DNA of 36,192 bases from contig CAJFCJ010000123.1 in NCBI GenBank assembly GCA_904063045.1, positions 1-36,192 on the forward strand, written 5' to 3'. The notes beneath the pieces were generated by a model. The model did not search any database and had not been told where the DNA came from. It saw only the letters and a list, made by a program, of their open reading frames with translations. Origin of the DNA: Dimorphilus gyrociliatus. Taxonomy: Eukaryota; Animalia; Annelida. The number at the start of each line of letters is the position of its first letter. Position 1 is the stretch's first letter. The position numbers and the translations under genes are program-made. Positions 10,200 through 21,136 of the stretch are shown piece after piece.

Positions 10200-12665
10200 A
10201 TGAAATTATTCACCTTAATAATTATTCAAATCGCTTTTAGTTTTCATTTTGCTAAAGGTAAAATAAAAATTTTGTTGTTTCTGTTTTTATCTTATCTGTT
10301 TGTTTAACCATAGGTGATAATTGCCCTGATAACTGGATAAGATATCTTGATAGTTGTATTGGAATATTTTATAAGTCATCTTTTGATGTACAATCTACAT
10401 GCAATAGTAAAGGTGGAACTGCAATTATAATTGATTCTCCTAAGAAACTATCATTTGTTACAATATATCTTCACGAATGGGCAAAAAAAGAGTATTTTAT
10501 AGGCCTAAGTAGAATACGTACAACTGGAAATTATTCCAATGATTTTGTTTGGCATGATAATTCACCACTAAACTTTCATAATTTTAAATCAAATGCAAAT
10601 ACAGTGGTTAATGATAGAGATTATGTTAAGATTAATTCAAGAGATGGATTATGGAAAGCTGTTAAGAAAAACAGTGGATCTTCTGGATATATATGTGAGA
10701 TGACAAAAAGTTGGTATATACTCTATATAATATAGAATTTTACTTAAAATTAACTTTGAATTTAATCCCACCATATTTTTTCAACTATTAAGTTGACCCT
10801 ACTGGCTGCAAACCTTACTGGCATATGTTAAAGACCCGTCGCCCTCCTCATTTGGTTGATGGGATGACAAGTTCAAAACATCGTTGTCTAAAAGTATTTA
10901 GAAAAAAACATCTCAACAATCATTGTTATATTTTTAATCTCTTTCAACTAGGATTGCATCTCACAAAAATATGGTTTTTGCACAGGCATTTATTTTTATC
11001 ATTATGGAAATTATTGTTACTTGTTTGCTGATAAAAATTATGCAGAAGATGCAAAAGTTAGTAATAGTTACTTTGGATATTTCTATCAATGGGAATGCGA
11101 AGCTGACACTTGTAAAATGCAGAATGACATTATTGATAAACTTCCTGATCATAGTTTTAAAACTTCACTTGGTAGTACTTTAATGAGACCTTGGGAAGGC
11201 AGATATGGAAATTTTAGGCATAACAACTATGATGGAGCATTTATATTTAAACCTTCTAATAAACATCAATGGTTTCAAGTAGACCTCATAAATCTGTATA
11301 ACATTAGTGGTTATCACATTTTAGGAGGCGAAAGAACAAATGAAGCTACAGTTGAAGAACACTACTTTTTGTATAGTCTAAATTGTTTAGATTTTTCATG
11401 GTATCGCCAAAAACAGACACAGGACATTGTTGTAAGAGAAAAAAGCGTTTCTTTTGATCAACATAAAATAATTTTGGAAGTGTTTTTCTTTTTCAACAGA
11501 AAATGGTGAGAGACACTGAATGGGATTTCGACAGAGTTATCATTTTCAAATATCCTATCATTGCAAGATGTATACGTATAAATCCTCTCACTTGGAAAAA
11601 GTCAGCTGACTTGCGTTTAGCTATTCGTGGTTGCCAATTGGCTAAAGAAGTTACAAGTATTGGTATAAAATATCCTAGAAAGCATATCACGTGACATATT
11701 TTAACTATTTTTTTTATTAAAAGATTTCCAAGGAGTGCCATTGGGAATGGAATCTGGTTTGATAGATGATGTGCAACTGAGTGGAAGACGTGTAAGGACT
11801 GGTTCTAATAACTTTTATGCTCCTTTTTTGGCTAGGTTACGAGGTCGCGCCAAAGTGTTTCCTTTTCAACAGTCTTGTTTTGCAGTTTTGTCACAGTCAG
11901 ATTGGTTTGGTGTAACATGGTCATTACCTATTCAATTCTTTGGATTAAGTTTATCTCCAATTATCAATAATGGAGGTTTTATACGAAGGTTCCAGTTGGC
12001 AGTTGGATATAATTACAAGACACTAACTAAAAAATTAAGAAACGTTTCCGGTAATTTGATAAGATTTACTGCTTCAGTTGAACAAGTTTCATTAACTCCA
12101 ATTCAAACCCTTTTGGATAAGCCAATAAGAGCAAAACATGTTCGTGTTTATCCAGATGAATATACTACTGCTGGATGTACTGTATTTGAATTTTATGGAA
12201 AATTAGACGGTAATTATTTAATTAATTAATTAAATAAAAAATAATGAATTGTAATTTTTCTCTAGCTGTTTGTCCTAAATTGAATTTTGAAAAAAATACT
12301 ATTTTAACAACCACGACTTGTCCAATTACACAAAATATTACCACAATTTATGATGAATCAGCAAATATAACGCATCAAAGAGTCGAATCTATCAATTTCA
12401 TTGAATTTCAATTACTCTATCATATTGTTGCATTTGAAATTCAATTTTCAAATATACCTCTTCCTGAATGGAACATTGAATGGGCAAGAGACAACAACAT
12501 TTGGAGGTCATTAGATCAATATAGAGTTGACAATGTTGACAATTTCACAATAAATATTACTTTATTAAATCTTCATTCAGCAACAAAATTACGTTTAACC
12601 TTTTGGAGTTTGAATACCAGTTTTGTTTTACCTTGTGTAGAAGTTTCTATTAGCGCATGTCAAAG
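10200..12665 (+). CDS. PKD1L ectodomain unit 1: signal peptide, C-type lectin, PAN, F5/8C x3 (third degenerate)
   Basis: CPDNWIRYLDSC...FIGL...FVWHDNSPL...YICE (exon 10314-10709, absent from the ORF track); CLKDCISQKYGFCTGIYF...CYLF; QWFQVDL...RCIRINP...LRLAIRGC; PLGMESGLIDD...CTVFEFYG. Confidence 0.8.
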
Positions 12666-15600
12666 TGAAGTTTGTCCACCAAACACAATAGAATATGATA
12701 ATTCTTGCTATCAATTCATTCCTGGCTATAGTGGTGGAGGCGATAAAAGTATTATAAAAGAGATTTGTAAAGATATGGTTTGGACTGATTACTCATATCC
12801 AATTGAAATTTCTAATGTTGAAGAGGATTCGCTTGCTTTCTATATGGCAAGGAGGTTTGTACCTATTGTCTCCTTCTCTCTTACTTTTAACTCTTTTTTA
12901 ACAGATTTGGTAGCTTCTGGATTGGATTGACTGTAAATATGTCTGCTCCCGAAAATATTTTAATGAAACAACTAAATTCAAGTATGAATTGGCAATGGGC
13001 CAATAATGCCCCAATTGATTTCACAAGTTTTGGTCTGAATGAACCTGGTACTAATTTACATCATTGTGTAACTCAAGAAGTAAATTTACGTACCTGGCAT
13101 TCCAAGGATTGTAATGATTTTTATTTCTATTTGTGCGAAATGAAGGCAAACAGTTTGTAGAACAAAAATATAAAATACCATAAAAAATGACAAGCAGCTA
13201 ATTATACGATTTATTTAGAAAAGAAAAATGACAAAAATATCAAGTGGCTCCACCTAAATGAAGGTAGATTTAATAATGCATTTTTAAAGGAGACATTAGA
13301 AACTAATCAGATTGAAAGTTGCTCTTATTGGTGTGAACATGAAAGTAGTTTTGAATGTAAAGGATTTGCATTTGAGTTTGGGTCTGATACTCGAAAGTGT
13401 CTTTTGTACAATGACACTACAAGTATTGAACCACTTTCTGATAGTTCATTTGATGCCTTTGAAAAGTACACTATGGTAAATGACTGTGAAGAAGCTCTAA
13501 TAGATGGTCCTAATGGGATTCCGGATAGTGGTATTGAAACTGATGTAACCACAACAAATCCAATATATGGAAAACATAGCTTAAGAATGGATTTTCGCAA
13601 TCTCTATAGTTCATCACATCCAACAAATGGAGGATATTTCCATGCAGACAATCTCAATTTTTACATCAAATTGAACTTTGGAAGAGTAGTTAAAATGAGA
13701 AGAATAAAGCTTGAAGCAAGTGGAAGGCATTATCCTTACATGGTGTACTATTTCTATTTAGACATCAGCAACAGTTCAGATACAGTAGTGCCTGTCACAC
13801 ACAAAAATGAAATACGTCAGGTAAACAGTTTTCGTGTATGGTTATAGGATTTTGTTGAATTCACTTTTCATTTTAGAAATTTTTTGGAAATTTTCATAGA
13901 ATGTCACTTGCCCATAATTCATTCCATACACCTTTAATTGGTCAGTATCTTAAATTTACTCCAGAATCAGGTTCAACAAAAGCTGGAATTCGATTAGAAG
14001 TTTATGGATGTAATGTGAATGTTACTAAGAATTATATTAAACCCCTCGGTTTGGAAAATCTGTATATATTACATTCTCAAATGATGAGTGAAAGTACGCA
14101 GGAGATTGACAATGGCATTCATGAAATTCGATTAGGTTGTAAATCCTATTTACTATCAGATGGACATTATCTCGCAGACACATATTTCCAATTTGACCTT
14201 GGCTTACGATATGAGATAATAAAAACTGTAATAGAAGGTTCATGTTCATCTAATCAATACATCAAAAGTTTCAGTGTTATGTACTCTGACAATCTTTTGA
14301 ATTGGTCTACTGATACAACAAAAAGTGGTCAGACCAGAGTGTACAATGCCCAATACTTAAACACTGCTACAGAAGTTATATTTAAACAACCAATAGTCGG
14401 TCGTTATGTTCGATTTACAAGCATTGCCTACTTTACTGCACCACATATTAATATGGAATTGTATGGCTATCCAACAAAGCACCCTCAATTGAATATTACA
14501 GATAAATTTCCCAAAATGGTTAGTGCCTCCTCTCAGAATGATTCAATAAATGCACCAAAGATGGCGTTATATACTAAAGATACCTTTTGGTGTAAACAAC
14601 AAAGTGAATTAGACACCTGGTGGTCAGCTGATCTAGGTTTAATCTACTATATTGAGAGATTATTTATTTACTACAAAGACAATGATTTAAGAGATGCCTG
14701 TGAAAATATTTTGGTATTTGGGTCACAGTATAATGCAACAAATATGATCAAAGTGGACAAAGTAAGAATGATATATACAGTCCTCATATGAAGTCTCTGG
14801 CAGGGTTGTTCTTAGATTGGAAAAAGTGAATTAATTAACTAACAGGACTTGCATAATTAAATCTTTTTGTTTGGAATGAAGGATAAGATATTTATACAGC
14901 TGAATTTATAGATAAAACTTGTTAAAAAATTTTTCCTACTTTATAGTAATCTTCATTTAAAAATTTTGAACAAAATGAAGGAGAGTAAGCTGCTGCCATG
15001 CCAAAAAACTGAAAAAATTTACAAAAACCTAACCCATCTTGTTGAAAAGTGTTTCGCCTTGTGTATGTAGGCAATAGCTGGCTTTTTAATATGTTAATGT
15101 ATTGCTCTGAATCCATTGATTCTTTAAATAATGCCAGAGCTCTGGAGCCATCAAATTTTATTGCTGCCCATATCATTATTTTACAGTTTTTTTCTTTCAA
15201 ACTTTTTCTTGAATATTTTGGAAGATGTTTATCTTCTTTTCTACATCTAACTCTAATCCTTTATCATGGATATAATCAAATGTTGGCTCATCTTCAGCTG
15301 TTTCTATAATTTTTTTAGCAAAGGCAATTCTTTTCTTTTGGTTTCCTGGTTTGCCACATAGCTTTTCAGACCTCATTTAAGAAGGATCTTCTGCCAAGAA
15401 GATAGACTTACTTTGCCTGCCATGCTCCATTCATTGAACATTTGTCTTGCAGAATAGAAAGGGTTTTTCTTGTATAATTACAAGATTCCTTTCATCTGAT
15501 TCAGCTATTGTTTTGGGACAACCAGTTCTAGGTTTGTCTTCCATGGAAGAACATTCCATTGCCTTCTTCAGGTTGTACTGTACTGTACAATAGGCAATTT

Positions 15601-18600
15601 GAAGCTGCTTTGATATCTTTACTTGCTTTGCCCTCTTTTACTTAAGTCAACAATCATCTCCCTCATTTCAAGGCTTATCTTCACCATTATATAATGTTCT
15701 TTAAATTTTCTGTTCTGTGACTGTGTAACACTTCTGAGTAAATGTCATAAAAAATTGTAATTGGTTTTCTGTCAGATTATTATCTATTTTTTTCGTAGGA
15801 ACAGGAAACATGGCAGGAACTTACTCTCCTTTATTTTGTTCAAAATTTTTAAGTAAAGATTACTGTAGAGTTAGAAAATTTGTTTAGCAAGTTTTATCTA
15901 TAAATTCAGTTGTATAAATATCTTATCCTTCATTCTAAACAAAAAGATTAATTAAGCAAGCCCTGTTTGTCAAATAATTCACTTTTTCCAATCTAAGAAC
16001 AACCCTGGCAGAGACTTCTTATCAGGACTGTATTACCAATATGAAAACTGGTATTAATATATTTAAACTTTTTTATAATTTATTTTAAGGAAATAACTTG
16101 TGACTTTGAAGCAAATCATACAGGACTTGCTGCATCACCAGCTTTGCGCTTTAGATTTATTCGTCTAGAGTTTAAAAATGGACCAAACGAATGCATCAGA
16201 TTTGAATTATATGGTGAAAAAGCACCAATATGTCCTCCAGGTTCGGTCAGGCATATGGACAAGTGCTATATGATTTCTGAGACACCAGGTAATTTTGAAA
16301 AAGCAGTACAATTTTGTCAATCAGGATTTAGTTGGAAAGGTCCAAGTTATCTGGTGATGCCAAAAAATACACTTGAAACTGATTTTGTTGCAAGATTTTA
16401 CCAATTTAGGTAAGCAGAACTGGAAAACCAAATATATTATGTTCAAAATAGTGCATTAAAATAAGTAATCTTTAATTTAATGTATTTAGAGATAGGAATA
16501 TTGCTATTTACATTGGTGCTAAGCAAACAACAACTCTGAGTAAATATGTTTGGTTAGATGGAACACCAGTAACAAACTATTTAAAATTTCATCCAAGTTA
16601 CTCTCCACATTTATCCTATCCATGCGTTTTAATGAAAAATTTTGTCTCCAAAAGCTCATGTGATGATAATGCCTATGCAATGTGTGAGACAGGGGCAAAT
16701 TGTTAGTATTTCATTAAAAGTGCATTTGTGAAAAGTGCAATTTTCTCCACAAAAACTGTTTTTCAATTCTTTATTAATACGAATTGACAAACATTATTTT
16801 CAGAATGTCTTTTTGATAAGAAAAAAGATATTCTTCCATAAAGAATGCAATCAATAAATTACGTATTAGACAGTTTTTGAAACAACATCTATCTATTGAT
16901 TATATGCACTTTTTTAAAACGTCAAATTCTGTAGATTCATGCATTCAAGGAAAAGCACACAAATGTAATATCTCTTCTTAATTTCAACAGTACCAGATGA
17001 ATTAAATGATTACAATGAGGAAGAAAAATGTCAAGTTGTATGGTCCTTGAGACCATCATATCGATTACATGATCAGTATAAAGTGGAATCTATTACAACA
17101 ATCAATATAGCAAGCTGCTTAAACTACTGTCTCTCTCATAAGTTGTGCAAATCAGTCAGTTGGCTATTCACGTATGTAAATTACGAGCTGAATGCTATAT
17201 TATTTACTAATTAGCATATTCATATCTTAACATCCATTTGCAGACTGCGCACTAGAACGGAATGCATTATTTACAATTCAAATAGTTCAATGCTGAAATA
17301 TGATCAAGACAAATATATCAAATCAGGGTCATATCATTATTATGAGTATTTTTGCTTTGATAGAAAGAGTTACAAACTATTACCAGAAGGAAATTATGAA
17401 GAAGACAGAGACTTTAATGTTACAGTGCTGTACGATAAACTTGCCTATCCTAGCATAGATAAGATATATCATCTTGGTTATATTACTGCTTCGCAGAGTG
17501 GTGTCAGGTGTGCCAAAAGCATTTATTGCTTTTTACAAGTGGATTTTCAAAGATTAGTTCTATTGACTTCCTTTACTACATCTTCACATTTGACCTCTGC
17601 ATATTATACAACTAGAGCTCATGTTTTCTATAGCAGATCTTCATACGATCACTGGCTGCCAATAAGAGATAGGGATGGAGATTTTATTGTAAGATATTGA
17701 ATGATTTAACCAAGATTTTGTGCTAATTCAACTAAAAGAAGCCGCATTTCTGTTTACTGATTGAAGAAACAAAATGGCGACTTTTAGATAAACTAGCACC
17801 AAATTTTCTAGATAGATCTGATGTTTTGACATATTTCATTTTTGCATTTCATGTTCCATGAATATAGGAGTACTTTATACAAGATGATACAAGCTATTAT
17901 AATAATCATGAATTACCTCCTGATATTGTTTGTAAAGCATTTAGAATCAATCCCACAGCCTATAACAACTATGCAATTCTTAATATTCAATTATATGGAA
18001 GATATATTGAAGAAGGTCAGAGGTCAATTCATACTCCTCAATGCCATCATCCTTTGGGCTTAGAGAGGCTAGATCAAATACATGCTTCTCAAATAACTGC
18101 CCTATCTTCTTTGGATAATTATCCTTCTATTGATGTTAGATTAAATAGTCCCACCTGTTGGGCAACTGGTTCTGACAATTACATACAAATAGATTTAGGT
18201 CATGTCTACTATGTTACTGGTTTTATTCCGCAAAGGTGCAAAAATCAAGCCTATTATATTTATGAATTTAGAGTTGAATATTCATTATATAGAATTCATG
18301 GATGGAAATTTTATGATGAGGTAAATAAAAATGATAAGGAACAATCTTCACAACAATGACTAATACAAACACTTGATCCATCTCCATAGAAACTGACCTT
18401 AAGAAAAAATCCATATTGGATTACAGAAATGAAGAATTTATTACTTTTCAACGAAACTCTTGAGTTAAGATTTATGAGATTTTCAGCCAAGAACTTTGTA
18501 GGGAAGAGAGGCATACGTTTAGAAATTATTGGTTGCATAAGACGTAAGCAAACAACAATTTCATTTACATGTATTTTTTGACAAGAAAGTTGTTTTTGAT

Positions 18601-21097
18601 TCTTTAGAAGAAACTGCTATAAAGAATTCTGAAAATTATAAGGAAATGATTAATATTGATGAAGATACGATTGGAAATTCTTTCTTTTGGGGACCAATTG
18701 ATGAAAATACCTTTTTGGCATGTCCCAACCAATTTTCACAGCCATCTAAAATAACTTTGAACTTCAAGAGAATATTTACTATTACTGGATTTACTATTTT
18801 TTCTAATACAACAAATGATTTGGATGCAATAATGAAATATTCAATCGACAGTGCACAGTGGTACACCTATACCCAAGGGTTTGATAACATAAAGTCAAAT
18901 GTAAGTAATATGTCTGGTATTTTTGATTGTCTGCATGACCTACTTTCCTTCATTTAGTCTACACACAAAATTTACCTATCTACTCCAATATTGGCTGTAT
19001 ATTTATCAATCTTTATTGCTGGTCAAAATCAGTCAATTTGCTTGAAAGTATATGCGCATGGCCAAAAACATTCAGGTGTTCATCTGCAATAATTTTAAAA
19101 GTCTTGAAAATTGTTTAATTTCAGCATGTCCCCCTGGATATTTCCTTTTCAATACGAAATGTATTTCTTACCCTTACTCCACAACTTATCATTATGACAA
19201 GGCCATTGGACAGTGTATAGGTATACCATGGACAGGTGATGGCTATTTGATAATGCCCAAATATGATCAAGTTTTAAATGTATTCCTCCAAGGTTTTCTC
19301 ACTGAGTAAGGAGATTTGTATTCACTTGCTTAATTGTATTACAACTAATGGAAAAAATATTTGCAAATAGAAATGTAAAGAGAACACGCCTAGGGTTAAC
19401 CAAAGTAAATGGCAAATTTACTTGGCAAGATGGTAATGCACTACCTACAGATGAAGTAGTAAGATGGCATACAACCTCTACAGCTGGTAGTGGTAATTGT
19501 GCTGGTATTGAAACAGTATTAGGATTCTGGATAAACGTAGAATGTAACACTATTGAACATCGAATTGCTTGTGAAAAAAAAGCAGGTATGTCATTTTAAT
19601 GTTAAATATTTATTATATCCATCTTCTTCTTCAACAAATAAATGTAGCGCTTATGCCTGATGAAAAATCTGGTAAAATGTGGACAGTAACTGTTTCTGCT
19701 ACATTTAACACAACAAGTGCTAGTATTGTTTATAACAATGATGATAATACAAGATTTAGTTGTTTAATGGCTTGCAATGAGGAAATAAGATTTTTATGTA
19801 TTTCATTTTTTTTTGATTCTGATACTAAGGAGTGCATCCTTTACTCATCAAATACCTATTCACGAAATAGTTACCTTCAAAAGACTACAAATGACAAATC
19901 AAAGTTCTATTTTGAAGCTCTTAATCCTGGTAAATAAGAAATTTGAGTTTTGAAGTTTTTGTATTATATTAGGGTCAGCCTGAAAGTTTTACCCATTGGT
20001 GTCCTACAGCTAAAAAGAAAATTGCATAATATGTTAGTCATAAATCTTAACTAATGTCTTAGGTATGTCTGTATAGCTTTAAATTCCCCATTATTGTCAA
20101 TGCATGTTTGCCACTTGGCGGGAATCATATCAATCCCTGTGGCGAAGTATAAGGGTGGTTTGGACCTGAATAATGCCCTTATTGCATTTTGCAATTCCTC
20201 AACATTCTCATATATTTTGCCCTGAAGATGGTGCTTTAATTGCCAGAAAAGATAATAGTCTGATGGCGGCAGGTCTGGGCTGTCGGCTGGATGAGGCAAG
20301 ACTACCCATCCAGTTGTTCTAAGATATTGAGTAGTTTGTAAGCTTGTATGAGATCTTGTTATAAAATCACCTCTTTTACCAGGCCCGATTCTATTTATTC
20401 TTTGTTTTAATCTCTTAAATCTCTTGCTGATGTGAATCTCTGAATTTATTCCGACTGGCAAATTTAAAAATTCTAGGTGAATAAGCCCTTCTCTGTCCCA
20501 AAACACACATGCCATCAGTTTGTCTGGAGACTTACCTGTCTTAACCTTTTTTGGTGGTGGAGAAAACTTTGTGTGATACTCTAAAGAAGCTCTTTTAGCT
20601 AATGGTTCATGATAGAATAACCATGGTTCCAAAAAAGCTTTCAGTTGCCTGATACGACAGAAAACGTCCACAAATTGGTGCTTTTACCCTAACCCTAACC
20701 CAGCCCTTAGCTGTACCTAACCTTTTTCCTTTACCCCTATCCCTCAGAGGAGACCCTCCTAACTACAAATCAGTTGCTGTTTTCTTTTGCCTAACCATTC
20801 TCAATCCAAATTTTTGTCTTGAAATTTCTCATTTGTGGACGTTTTCTGTCGACCCCGATTGCAATAACTTGCTGTGATGCAAGAAATTGAATAATTACTC
20901 TCTGCTTTATACAATCATCCATACCATACCAACACTGAAGTGTCAAGAACTTTTCATTCAGGGATCCCAAGTTGTGAAAGTTTTTTAGTGACAGTGCATT
21001 AGTGAATTCACTTTCTATTAATAACGATAACATAGGCCTACAATGTACCATTTTAAAATTACAGGGAAACAAGTAAAGCTTTCAGGGTGACCCTAAT

Positions 21098-21136
<39 letters not shown>

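Noticed and set aside
17728-17772. Short GC-richer inverted repeat with a YY1-like AAAATGGCG in intron 17690-17868
   Set aside because: Too short and imperfect to distinguish from chance or old TE debris.
18470-18510. Apparent frameshift at the end of a discoidin domain
   Set aside because: Recounting the T run shows MRFSAKNFVGKRGIRLEIIGC is in frame.
20687-20701. CCCTAA repeats as a true telomere or chromosome-fusion scar
   Set aside because: Only 2-3 units, embedded at the same position in each MITE copy.
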